From an uncultured Verrucomicrobiae bacterium (GTDB taxonomy: Bacteria; Verrucomicrobiota; Verrucomicrobiia; Chthoniobacterales; Chthoniobacteraceae): DNA of 64,000 nucleotides. Location of the stretch: contig CAVYKI010000012.1 in NCBI GenBank assembly GCA_963769025.1, positions 96,001 to 160,000 on the forward strand, written 5' to 3'. This document shows, one piece after another, positions 41,101-51,353 of the stretch. Below the pieces are notes generated by a model, which was not told the DNA's origin, did no database searches, and saw only the letters and a list, made by a program, of their open reading frames with translations. Every line of letters begins with the position of its first letter. Positions within the stretch are counted from its first letter, which is position 1. Both the position numbers and the translations under genes were made by a program.

Positions 41101-42260
41101 TCCCGGCGCAGGAACGCATCCCGCTCACACGCCCCTTCACCGGCGAGGAGGAAATCGCCGGCGTGCGCCGCGTGCTGGAATCCGGCTGGCTCACAATGGG
41201 ACCGGAAGTCGCTGCCTTTGAGGAGGAGTTCGCCGCCGCCGTGGGCGCGCCGCACACGTGCGCGGTGTCGAGCGGCACCGCGGCGCTGCACCTCGCGCTG
41301 CGCGCCGCCGGCATCGGCGCGGGCGACGAGGTCGTCACCGTCAGCCACACGTTCATCGCCACAGCGGATGCCATCCGCCTCTGCGGCGCGCTGCCGGTCT
41401 TCGTGGACATCGAGCCGGGCACTTTCAACATGGCGCCGGATCAGATAACGCGCGCGTTGGGCGGGCGCTCGAAGGCGATCCTGTGCGTCCACCAAATCGG
41501 CGTTCCTGCCGACCTGACGAAGATTCTCGCGATCGCGCGCGAACACGGCCTGCCGGTGATCGAGGACGCCGCCTGCGCGCTCGGCAGCGAAATCTGCCTC
41601 GGCGAAAACTGGGAGCGCATCGGCCGCCCGCACGGCGACGCCGCGTGCTTTTCACTGCACCCGCGCAAGGCGATCACCACCGGCGACGGCGGCATGATCA
41701 CCACGCGCCACGCGGAATGGGACCGCCGCTTCCGCCTGCTGCGCCAGCACGGCATGAGCGCCCAGCCGCACGACCGTCATCGCGCGGACAGCGTCATCTT
41801 CGAGCGATACATTGAGCCGGGGTTCAATTTCCGCCTCACCGACTTGCAGGCCGCCGTGGGCCGCGCGCAGCTCGCGCGGCTCGATGAAATCGTCGCGCGC
41901 CGCCGCAGGCTCGCCGCTCGCTACGGCGAACTCCTGCGCGGCGTGCCTGCCGTCGAGCTGGCAAAGGAGCCGCCGTGGGCGCGCGGCAACTGGCAGAGCT
42001 GCGCCGTTCGGCTCGGCGCGGGGATCGATCAGCGTGCCGTGATGGAGCGGATGCTCGCCGCGGGAGTCTCCACGCAGCGCGGCATCATGTGCATCCACCG
42101 CGAGCCAGCGTATCCGCCCGGCACCTGGCGGAGCGCTGGCGGGCTTGGCGAAAGCGAACGCGCGCAGGATTCCACCATACTTCTGCCGCTTTTCCCTGCG
42201 ATGACGGACGCCGTGCAGGATCGCGTCGTCGAGGCGCTGAGGGAAGCGTGCTGCGCATGA
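41097..42260 (+). CDS. DegT/DnrJ/EryC1/StrS PLP-dependent sugar aminotransferase
   Basis: SSGTAALHL, IEDAAC, FSLHPRKAITTGDGG and GFNFRLTDLQAAVG. Confidence 0.93.
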   Translation: MIPAQERIPLTRPFTGEEEIAGVRRVLESGWLTMGPEVAAFEEEFAAAVGAPHTCAVSSGTAALHLALRAAGIGAGDEVVTVSHTFIATADAIRLCGALPVFVDIEPGTFNMAPDQITRALGGRSKAILCVHQIGVPADLTKILAIAREHGLPVIEDAACALGSEICLGENWERIGRPHGDAACFSLHPRKAITTGDGGMITTRHAEWDRRFRLLRQHGMSAQPHDRHRADSVIFERYIEPGFNFRLTDLQAAVGRAQLARLDEIVARRRRLAARYGELLRGVPAVELAKEPPWARGNWQSCAVRLGAGIDQRAVMERMLAAGVSTQRGIMCIHREPAYPPGTWRSAGGLGESERAQDSTILLPLFPAMTDAVQDRVVEALREACCA

Positions 42261-43582
42261 GCGGGCCGTTCGTCTCCGTTGTCACCCCGGTTTTCAACGA
42301 AGCCGGAAATCTCGCGGAATTTCACGCACAGCTGAGGGGCTGCCTCGATTCGCTGCGGCTGCGCTGGGAATGGATCGCGGTGGATGACTGCTCGACGGAC
42401 GATTCCGCCGCCGTGCTCCGCAGGATCGGGGATGGGGAGGAAAACCTGCGCGTCTTCACGCACGGGCGGAACCTCGGCTCGCACGCCGCAATCCTGCGCG
42501 GGCTCCACGAAGCGCGCGGCGGCGCGGCGGTGGCGCTCGCGGCGGATCTCCAGGACCCGCCGGAGATCATCGCGAAGCTCCTCGAAGCGTGGCGCGGCGG
42601 CGCGGCGCTCGTGTGGGCGGCGCGCACGCGGGCGAGCGGCGGGAATGCGCGGGATCGTTTTTGCTCCTCGGCGTTTCACCTCGCGGTGCGGCTGTGGACC
42701 GGCCTGCCCGCGCCGCGCTATGGTGCGGACTGCTTCCTCGCCGACCGGCGCGTGCTCGACGAGGCCGCGCGATGGCGCGACCCCGGGCCAAATCTGTTTT
42801 TCCGCCTGCTCGCGCTGCCAGTCCCGCAGCGCCACGTCCCGCACGACCGGCAGCCGCGCGCGCACGGTCGCTCGGGCTGGACGATGACGCGGAAGCTGAG
42901 GCTCGCGATCACTTCGCTGCTCGCGTTCACAAGTCCGAAGTCGTGGCTGCTGCGGGCGCGCGGCATCCTGTGGCGCGCAGGCCAGGCGCTAGCCGCGCCC
43001 GGCGGTGCGCTCGCGATCACGGGGCTCGTGCGCGAATGGCTCGCGACGCACGCCGTCACCGGCGGGCACCTCGATGTCGGCTGCGGCGCGCGCTCGCGGC
43101 TCGCCGCGGCGGGCGTGCAGCCCGTGGGCGTTGACAGCGATGCGGCGCGCGTCGCTGCCATCATACGCGACGGCGGAACCGCGCTGGTCGCGCCATCCAC
43201 ACGGCTGCCGTTCGCGGACGGCGCGTTCGGCGCGGTGTGGAGCTTCGGCCTGCTGCATCACCTCGATGACGCTGAGCTGGAGCAATCGCTCGGCGAAATG
43301 GAACGTGTCGCAAAACCAGGCGGATGGATCGTCGTCTTCGACGCCGTGCCGCCGCGCTCGGGCTGGCGGCGTCCGCTAGCCGCGCTCGTGCGCGCGCTCG
43401 ACAAGGGCCGGCACATGCGCACGGAAGAAAAACTCCGCGCGGCGCTCGCGACGCATGGCGAATGGGAATGCCGGCGCGTGACGTATGCGTTGAATGGACT
43501 CGAAGCGCTGTTCTGCTGCCGCCATAAGCCGTCGGAACAAACCCAACCCGCACCATGCCCATCGCCGCCGACGTCGAACTAG
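42257..43582 (+). CDS. GT2 polyprenol-phosphate glycosyltransferase (ArnC/GtrB-like) fused to class I SAM methyltransferase
   Basis: VVTPVFNE, DDCSTD, RNLG and AADLQDPPE, then LDVGCG, LPFADGAF, LLHH and RVAKPGG in one frame. Confidence 0.85.
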   Translation: MSGPFVSVVTPVFNEAGNLAEFHAQLRGCLDSLRLRWEWIAVDDCSTDDSAAVLRRIGDGEENLRVFTHGRNLGSHAAILRGLHEARGGAAVALAADLQDPPEIIAKLLEAWRGGAALVWAARTRASGGNARDRFCSSAFHLAVRLWTGLPAPRYGADCFLADRRVLDEAARWRDPGPNLFFRLLALPVPQRHVPHDRQPRAHGRSGWTMTRKLRLAITSLLAFTSPKSWLLRARGILWRAGQALAAPGGALAITGLVREWLATHAVTGGHLDVGCGARSRLAAAGVQPVGVDSDAARVAAIIRDGGTALVAPSTRLPFADGAFGAVWSFGLLHHLDDAELEQSLGEMERVAKPGGWIVVFDAVPPRSGWRRPLAALVRALDKGRHMRTEEKLRAALATHGEWECRRVTYALNGLEALFCCRHKPSEQTQPAPCPSPPTSN

Positions 43583-44025
43583 CCGCGGGAGTCCGCATCC
43601 CGCACCCGGAACTGGTGAACCTCTACGGCTGCGCGATCGGCGCGGACAGCTCGGTGGGCCCGTTCGTGGAAATCCAGCGCGGCGCGCGCGTCGGTCGGCT
43701 GTGCAAAATCTCATCGCACAGTTTTCTCTGCGAGGGCGTGACGCTGGAGGACGAAGTTTTCGTCGGCCACGGCGTGATGTTCACCAACGACCGCCATCCG
43801 CGCGCCGCGCAGGACGGGCACCTGCTGCGCGACGATGAGTGGCGGGCGATCCCGACGCTCGTGAAGCGCGGCGCGTCCATCGGCAGCGGCGCGGTGATCC
43901 TGTGCGGAGTCACCATCGGCGAAGGCGCGCACATCGGCGCGGGCGCGGTGGTGACGCGCGACGTGCCGCCGGGTGCGACGGTCGCGGGCGTGCCCGCGCG
44001 GCTGCTGCACGGCTCCGGCGGATGA
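43555..44025 (+). CDS. Sugar N-acetyltransferase, hexapeptide repeat (WbpD-like)
   Basis: VNLYGC, CKISSHSFLCEGV, GVMFTND and GASIGSGAVILCGV. Confidence 0.88.
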   Translation: MPIAADVELAAGVRIPHPELVNLYGCAIGADSSVGPFVEIQRGARVGRLCKISSHSFLCEGVTLEDEVFVGHGVMFTNDRHPRAAQDGHLLRDDEWRAIPTLVKRGASIGSGAVILCGVTIGEGAHIGAGAVVTRDVPPGATVAGVPARLLHGSGG

Positions 44026-45981
44026 AAGGCGCGCAAGCACAACGCACGCGATCCTCCGCCGTGGCACGGCTTTTCACCAGCGACGTCGCGCTCGCGTGTG
44101 TGCTGCTCGCGGTGATCGCCGTGCGCTTCGCGGAGCCGGTGCTGGACGGCGATCTCTTCTGGCACATGGCCTATGCGAAGCAGATGCTCGCACACCACAC
44201 GCTCGTGCCGGACCACTCGATCTACTCGTGGACGCCCGCGGGCAACGACATGATCTACTGCACGTGGCTCGCGGATTTTGCATTCCTGCGGCTTTACGAA
44301 ATAGGCGGGCTCGCGGCGGTGTTCGCGCTGCGCTACGTGGCCGTGCTCGCCGTGGCCGCGATGCAGTTTGATCTCGCGCGCCGGTGCCGCGTCGGCGGGC
44401 CGCTGCGCTGGCTCGTGCTGCTCATCGCCGTCGTGTCGTCCTACGTCGGCACGATCACGAAGCCGGAGATTTTCTCCCTCGTGTTTTTCAACGCGCTCGC
44501 TTGGCTCCTCTTCCGTGCGAAGCTCGCCGCGTCGCTCGGAAAAAATCCCGCCCCGTGGCTGTGCGCGCTGCCGCCGCTCTTCCTCGTGTGGGTGAACACG
44601 CACGGCGCGTTCATCCTCGCCGCGCCGCTCATGCTGGCGTTCCTCGCCGGCGAGCTCATCCACGCGCGGCGCGGCGCGGCGGGCCGGCTCCCGCTGCGCG
44701 CCTTGCTCGCGTGCCTCGCGCTCTGCGCGCTCGCGACGCTCGCCACGCCCTACGGCTGGCGATACCCGGCGCAGCTTTTCGCGGACTACGTCCTGCAAAG
44801 CACGCCGCGGCCGGATGCCGCATGGAATTCCGCCTACCAGTCCATCTTCTCACCGGCCTCGTGGGTCATCCCCTTCCCCCTGCTGCTGCTTGCGATGCTC
44901 GCCGTCTTCGGCGCCGCGTGGCGGCGCTGGTCGCGCATCGGAAAGCAGCATACCGACTGGAGCGTCGTGCTCGCGTTCGCGGCGTATGTGCCGCTGTTCA
45001 TGCTCTGGCTGCGCGCGACGTTCTGCCTGCCCGCGGTCTTCGCAGCGGGCACATTTTTCCTTTTGAAAGGCGGGCGCGATGCGGCGGCGCCGGCGGCGGC
45101 CAGCGGTGGAAAGCTCCGCATCGCCGCGCTTGCCGCGTTCCTCGTGCTCGCGGCGCACACGCTGCACCAGAGTTTCTTCCGGCCTGCCTTCAACTCCTGG
45201 TGCGGCTTTGGCATCGGCGGCGCGAATCCGGTGGACGAGACGGAGTTCCTCGCGCGGCAGAAGCCCGCGGGCGCCGCGCCTCGTGAATCTCTTCAACACC
45301 GGCGGCTATCTCCTATGGCGGCTCTGGCCGCAATACGAGGTCATGGTGGACTCGCGCTCGTTCCCGTATCTTGGCTGGTTCGACGAGCAACACCGCTTCG
45401 GCACGGGGAAGGACTTCGACGGCTTCCTGGAAAAATATCCGGCGCCCGTCGCGGTGATCGATCTCGACCGCATCGAGGTCTGGCAAAATTTCCTGCGCTC
45501 GCCGGGCTGGCGTCCCGTGTTCTACGGCCCCGCGGCCATCGTGTTCCGGCGCGCGGACGCGGCGGGCGATGCGCCAGTGCAGACGCTCCCGCCCGAGCGG
45601 CTCCGCGCACTGCGCAACGCGGACTCCGCGCGTGCCATGTTCACCTTCGCACGCTTCATCGCCGACTGGCGCACCGCGTGGATCATCGGGGAGCGATTGC
45701 GCGCGCCGATGCTGCGCTGGCAGATGAGCGCCGCGGAGCGGGAAGGCGTGCGCGCCTATCGCGGGGCGCACGATGCGCTGGGTGCCGGGCGCTTCGACGA
45801 GGCGGAGCGCCTCTTCCATGCGGCGCTGAAAGACGAGCCCGCCTCGGATCGCGAAAAGCTCATCCTCTCTCTCCTTCTCGCGCGCCGCGCCGCGCGGGAC
45901 GCATCCTCGTCCTCCGATCGCGCCACCATCGAGGACGGCCTGCGCGAACTGGCTGCCCCGCCGTGGCGCGATTCGCCTTGA
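44022..45981 (+). CDS. Multi-TM GT-C-fold glycosyltransferase-like protein (1 frameshift near 45275)
   Basis: DGDLFWHM loop after TM1, KPEIFS and LVWVNTHGAF. After the frameshift it reads NTGGYLLW...VMVDSR. Confidence 0.72.
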
Positions 45982-46036
45982 ACCACATGAACGCCCTGCC
46001 ACACGATGCCGCCGGCAAAAGCACCCCGTTACTTCC

Positions 46037-47758
46037 ATGACGCATCACGCTTTCTCCTGTGCCCGGCTTCGCCAGGCGATGGTTTCGTTTTTCCTCGCCG
46101 TGCTCCTGCTCGGCGCACGGCAGCAGTGCCCCGCGGCGGTGGGCGGCGGCGTCGTCAACACCACCTTCACCACCTCGACGTCGCATCACGAGACCCATGT
46201 GCCGCTCACCGTGGACCAGCGCACGAGCAGCGGGGTGATCCAGAACGTCCTCAATGGCGGGGACAGGATTCAGCTCGGTTTTTCGCCCGGCACTTCGCTC
46301 GCCAGTCCCAGGGTGCAGGCGGCCCTGCAGGCCGCGCTGCGGGCGCTCCCGCCCTTCCCGCAGGGCGCGTCGCTGCAACTGCTCAGCCGAACTCCCGGTT
46401 CCGGCGGCTCCAGCAGCAAAACCACACAGTTTGTTGGCACGAATACCAGCGTCACCACAACGACGACCTTCGGCCCCGCCACCATCTTGATCGGTCCCGA
46501 CCAGTCGCAGACTTTCTTCGTCGCCGCCGGCACGTTGAACATCAACACGAACACGCACACGCAGTCCTTCTTCAACGACATCACCACGCTGAGCGGCGGC
46601 GCGCCCACGGTGGAGAACTACCTCCAGCAGCGCATCATCACGATCGATCTCGGCTCCGTGTTCTCCGCACTGGACAGCGGCCTGCCCGTCGCCCTCGCGC
46701 TGCGCGACTCGCTGCTGGCCGCGCACGCCGGCGGCATCGGCGATGTCAACGACCGCATCCTCCGCGCCTGGCTCGGGCCGAACGAGACCGGCGCGCCGCA
46801 GGGCGACAAGTCCGACGTGCCCGGCGCGGGCGACGGCAACATACGCCTTTTCGCAAACATCAGCGCCGGCTGGCTCAGCCAGGGCGGGCGCAACGGAACG
46901 GCCGGCCTGCTCGACACGCGCGAGTCCGCCAGCGCCGGCGCGGAGTGGAAGCTGCGCGGAAAATTCCGCCTCGGCGTCTCCGCGAGCCAGGTGCACAGCG
47001 AAACCGATTTCTCCGGCGGCCTCGGCAGCCAGCACATTGATGGCGGCGCGCTCAGCGCCTACGTGACATGGCGCTCCGACGCCAGCGCTCTGCCGCCATC
47101 CACGGGCAAGGACGGCAAGACGCCGGCCGGCAATCCCTCCGGCTACTGCTACGCCGACCTGCTCTACAGCGCCGGCCTTTTCAGCGACACACTGCGGCGC
47201 AACACCCTCACCGGCGCCACCGCCCGCAGCACCGCGGACGACTGGAGCCACCTCGTGAGCCTCAACGCGGGCTACGTCTTCAAGGTCGGCGACACCTTCG
47301 CCACCGGCCCCTACGCCAGCCTCACCTACGTCCACGGCCGACTCGACGGCAGCACCGAGAGCGGCGGCGGCGCGGCCTCGCTCACCTACGGCGCGCAGGA
47401 ATACGACTCGCTCGTGAGCACGCTCGGCTGGCAGGCCAACTGGAAGCTGCACCGCCCGTGGGGCGCGCTCACTCCGCTCGTCCACATCGGCTGGGAGCGC
47501 GAAAACCTGAGCGACGGCGGCGCGGTCAGCGCCACGCTCCTGCAGTCGCCCTTCTCCGCCGCGGGCGCCGGGCTCATCGGCGGCTTCCGCGCCAGCTCCA
47601 GCCGCGCCGACGCGCGCTACGACGCGCTGGTCATCGGTGCAGCCGTGAGCGCCGACATCGGCGAAAACTGGACCTTCACGCTCAGCGCCGCCGAGCGCAC
47701 CGACTTCGGCCCGCGCAACGACGTCTCCCTCTCCCTCCGCGCGCAGCGGAGGTTCTGA
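46037..47758 (+). CDS. Autotransporter-domain protein, copy 2 (near-identical paralog of 37648-39315)
   Basis: Matches copy 1 from 46103 (versus 37711) to the stop codon, with variable passenger patches and a net 18-aa loop insertion. Confidence 0.85.
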   Translation: MTHHAFSCARLRQAMVSFFLAVLLLGARQQCPAAVGGGVVNTTFTTSTSHHETHVPLTVDQRTSSGVIQNVLNGGDRIQLGFSPGTSLASPRVQAALQAALRALPPFPQGASLQLLSRTPGSGGSSSKTTQFVGTNTSVTTTTTFGPATILIGPDQSQTFFVAAGTLNINTNTHTQSFFNDITTLSGGAPTVENYLQQRIITIDLGSVFSALDSGLPVALALRDSLLAAHAGGIGDVNDRILRAWLGPNETGAPQGDKSDVPGAGDGNIRLFANISAGWLSQGGRNGTAGLLDTRESASAGAEWKLRGKFRLGVSASQVHSETDFSGGLGSQHIDGGALSAYVTWRSDASALPPSTGKDGKTPAGNPSGYCYADLLYSAGLFSDTLRRNTLTGATARSTADDWSHLVSLNAGYVFKVGDTFATGPYASLTYVHGRLDGSTESGGGAASLTYGAQEYDSLVSTLGWQANWKLHRPWGALTPLVHIGWERENLSDGGAVSATLLQSPFSAAGAGLIGGFRASSSRADARYDALVIGAAVSADIGENWTFTLSAAERTDFGPRNDVSLSLRAQRRF

Positions 47759-47815
47759 GCGCGCGAGCATCCGGGCTTGCCCGCCGCGCGCGCGGCTCAC
47801 ACATTCCGCGCCCTC

Positions 47816-49113
47816 ATGATTGATCGATACACGCTGCCCGAGATGGCGGCCATCTGGACAGAGCAACGCAAATACGAAATCTGGCTCGAAATCGAGACGC
47901 TCGCCTGCGAGGCGCAGGCGGAACTCGGCCACATCCCGAAGGAGGACGCGCAGACCATCCGCGCGAAGGCGAAATTCGAACTCGCCGAGATCATGGAGAT
48001 CGAAAAGCGCACGAACCATGACGTGATCGCATTCCTCGAAAACGTCGCGAGCTACGTCGGCCCCGCGTGCCGCTGGATGCACCAGGGCATGACGAGCAGC
48101 GACGTGCTCGACACCACGCTCGCCGTGCAGACCGCGCAGGCGTCGGACATTTTGCTGAAGGATCTCCGGGAACTGCGCGAGGTGATCGCGAAGCGCGCGA
48201 AGGAATTCAAGATGACGCCGATGATCGGCCGCAGCCACGGCATCCACGCGGAGCCGATCACGTTCGGGCTGAAGCTCGCGCTGATGTACGATGAATTCGG
48301 CCGCGCGCTGGAGCGGCTGGAGCAGGTGCAGCCGCGCATCCGCGTGGGGAAAATCAGCGGCGCAGTCGGCACGCACGCGCATCTCGATCCGCACGTGGAA
48401 TCGCAAGGTCTGCAAGACGCTCGGCCTCACCCCCGCGACGCTCGCGCACGCAGGTCGTGCAGCGCGACCGGCACGCGGAATTCCACACCGTGCTCGCGCT
48501 CATCGCGTCTTCGATCGATCGCTGGGCCACGGAGTTCCGGCACCTGCAACGCACCGAGGTGCTCGAAGTGGAGGAATACTTTTCCGCAGGGCAGAAGGGC
48601 AGCTCGGCGATGCCGCACAAGCGCAATCCGATCACCGGCGAAAAGCTCAGCGGCCTCGCGCGCCTCGTCCGCAGCAACGCGGTCGCTGCGCTGGAGAATG
48701 TGGCGCTGTGGCACGAGCGCGACATCAGCCATTCGTCTGTCGAGCGCGTCATTTTCCCCGACTCGTGCATTCTCGTGAACTACATGCTCACGCTGCTGCG
48801 CAAGCTCGTGGACCGGCTCATCGTGTATCCCGAGAACATGAAGCGGAACCTCGAGATCACGCGCGGCCTCTACCATTCGCAGACGATCCTGCTGAAGCTC
48901 ACCGAGCGCGGTCTCGAACGGAAGACCGCCTATGAAGCCGTCCAGCGCGCCGCGATGAAGACGTGGCAGGGCGACAAGCCGCTGCTCGAAAACCTCTTCG
49001 CCGAGGAGGAAATCACCGCGAAGATTCCGCCGGATGAAATCGCGAAGCTGTGCTCGCTGGACCACCACTTCCGATGGGTGGAAGACACCTTCCGCCGCCT
49101 CGGATTGGCGTAG
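47816..49113 (+). CDS. purB: Adenylosuccinate lyase (two 1-bp insertions near 48401 and 48447, probably sequencing errors)
   Basis: MIDRY, HDVIAF, GMTSSDV, GRSHGIHAEP, GKISGAVG, signature GSSAMPHKRNP and WHERDISHSSVER. Confidence 0.95.
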
Positions 49114-49209
49114 CCAGCACGGGAGGGACACGCTCCGTCGGGTCCTTCATCGGAACGAAACGCTGACCGCCTGCGCTCCCGTTTGGCTCCCGCCGCGGGC
49201 GCTCCTGCG

Positions 49210-50064
49210 CTACTTCTTCGGCTTGTAGTTACGGACGAACTCGACGCACTTCTTCGCGTCCTCGTGGTTCGCGTCCCAGTTGTATTCGTATTCGACCGAG
49301 ATCGGACCGACGAAACCCTGCGCGGCGAACTCGTCGAGAATGGCCGGCACGTCGCTCACGCCCGTGCCGTACGGCACGTCGTGTCCGCTCGGCAGCGGCG
49401 CATGCAGATCTTTCAAATGGCTGCTCACGATGCGGCCCTTGAGGATACGGAGGCAGTCCACGGGCTTCAGCCCTGAGCGCACCCAGTGGCCGGTGTCCGC
49501 GCAGGAGCCGATGCGCGCATCGCGATCCTTGCAGACTTCGAGGATGTAGTTCGGATCCCACATGCGGTACTCGGGGTGGTCGGGACGCTTCGGGTGATCG
49601 TGGAAGCCGACCTTGATGTCGTATTCCTTCACGAGCTTCTCGAACGTATCAATCGCGTCCACCGACTCCGTGTTGATGACACCGATGCCGAAGGCCTTCG
49701 CAAACTCGAACACCTTGCGCGAAGCAGCCTCGTCCTTCGACAGTCCGACGACTCCGTACGCCACCGGCGTGATGCCGTGCTCCTTCAGCTTGGCCTTCAC
49801 CTTGTCCCACACCTCGGGCGTCGCCTCATGGCCGAACTTCACGTCCTTCTGATCCGGCGACAGCTTCTGGCCGGGGAAAAACTCGATCGTCTTTGCGCCC
49901 GTGCCCGCCGTTTTCTCGATGGCTTCGAAGACGGTGAAGCGGTTGAACGTCCAAGCCTGGCAGCCGATGACGAACTGGCCTTGCTTGAGGCTGTCGGGCA
50001 ACGGCTGGGCGGCAAACAATGGCAGCGACGCTGCAAAAAGCGCGAGGGAGAGGAGGAGTTTCAT
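49210..50064 (-). CDS. Secreted sugar-phosphate isomerase/epimerase (AP endonuclease 2 TIM barrel)
   Basis: Signal peptide, IEFFPGQ, GFHDHP, DTGHW, HLKD and SVEYE. Confidence 0.88.
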   Translation of the reverse strand: MKLLLSLALFAASLPLFAAQPLPDSLKQGQFVIGCQAWTFNRFTVFEAIEKTAGTGAKTIEFFPGQKLSPDQKDVKFGHEATPEVWDKVKAKLKEHGITPVAYGVVGLSKDEAASRKVFEFAKAFGIGVINTESVDAIDTFEKLVKEYDIKVGFHDHPKRPDHPEYRMWDPNYILEVCKDRDARIGSCADTGHWVRSGLKPVDCLRILKGRIVSSHLKDLHAPLPSGHDVPYGTGVSDVPAILDEFAAQGFVGPISVEYEYNWDANHEDAKKCVEFVRNYKPKK

Positions 50065-50233
50065 GGGATGGCCATTGGCAGGGACGCCGCATGCGAAGTC
50101 AAGCCATCGCCCGGAGCGGTGGCGTCTTGTGTTGAGGAATATCGAAGGTTTTAACCACCGAGGACACGGAGAGCACGGAGCGCACCCATGTAATCATTTC
50201 CCATTCGTCGCAAACTGCGGTATCGCCACGCCC

Positions 50234-51310
50234 GTGCTTCGCCGACTGCTCCCCCTATTCTCCCTCGCCGCGTCCGCGCTCGCCGCGGAGCCGCGAGACA
50301 TTTCCGCCGCGCTCGAGCCCATCCGCGCGAAATACAAAATCCCCGCCTGCGCCTCCGCGGTGATCGAAGACGGGCGCATCACCGCCATCGGCGCGACCGG
50401 CGTGCGGCGCATTGACAGCGATGTGCGCGTGACCGTGGCCGACATCTGGCACATCGGCTCCTGCACAAAGAGCATGACCGCCATTCTCGTCGGCGTGCTC
50501 GTGGATGCCGGCAAACTGCGCTGGGACATGCCTCTGCCCGACGCGCTGCCCGGCGTCCCGTGTGACCCCGGCTGGCGCGCCGTCACCCTCGACCATCTTG
50601 TCACGCAGCGCAGCGGCATCGCCCCGATGAGCCGCGCTGAATGGCGCAGCCTCGATGTCGGCGGCGGCACCCCCCGCGAACAGCGCGCAGCCTTAGCCCG
50701 CAAACTCCTCTCGGTCCCACCCGCAAAGCCGCCCGGGAAATTCGACTACAGCAACTCCGGCTACGGCCTGCTCGGTGCCATCATCGAACGCGCCGGGGAC
50801 GCCAGCTACGAAGACCTGCTCCGCAAGCACATCTTCGAACCGCTGCACCTCAAGACCGCCGGCTTCGGCGCACCCGCCACGCCCGGCAAAACCGATCAGC
50901 CCTGGGGCCACTACCGCAAAGGCGAGCAACTCATCCCCGCCGCGCCGTCCCCGGAAAACCAATTCCCGCCCGCCCTCGCACCCGCCGCTTCCGTCCACAT
51001 GTCGCTCCAGGATTTCGCCCGCTACGCCTGGTGGCTCTCCACAGGCGAGCCACGGCTGGTAAAGGCGGAGACCTTCGCGCATCTCCAAACACCGCCCGAG
51101 GGCAGCGGCTACGCCGGCGGCCTTTGGAAGACGGAACTCCCCGGAATCGGCGGCGCCGCCGTCTGCCACACCGGCCACATGGGAGGCCTCTTCGGAGTCT
51201 TCCACGCCGGCCGCAGGATCGCCTGCGTCACCGTCTTCAACACCGAAGGCAGCGGCTGGGAATGGCTGGGCGAAGAACTCGCCGCCGCCGCGCTGAAGGC
51301 GGGGCGGTAG
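50234..51310 (+). CDS. Serine hydrolase, beta-lactamase/AmpC-like family
   Basis: SxxK (GSCTKS), YSN and HTG motifs; signal peptide after the GTG start. Confidence 0.88.
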   Translation: MLRRLLPLFSLAASALAAEPRDISAALEPIRAKYKIPACASAVIEDGRITAIGATGVRRIDSDVRVTVADIWHIGSCTKSMTAILVGVLVDAGKLRWDMPLPDALPGVPCDPGWRAVTLDHLVTQRSGIAPMSRAEWRSLDVGGGTPREQRAALARKLLSVPPAKPPGKFDYSNSGYGLLGAIIERAGDASYEDLLRKHIFEPLHLKTAGFGAPATPGKTDQPWGHYRKGEQLIPAAPSPENQFPPALAPAASVHMSLQDFARYAWWLSTGEPRLVKAETFAHLQTPPEGSGYAGGLWKTELPGIGGAAVCHTGHMGGLFGVFHAGRRIACVTVFNTEGSGWEWLGEELAAAALKAGR

Positions 51311-51353
51311 AGGCACCGGTTGGTCCCATTTCGACGAGGCCCCACGGCGGCGC

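Noticed and set aside
47816..49113. purB as a true pseudogene or programmed frameshift
   Set aside because: All catalytic motifs are intact, there is no slippery site, and similar indels occur across the window.
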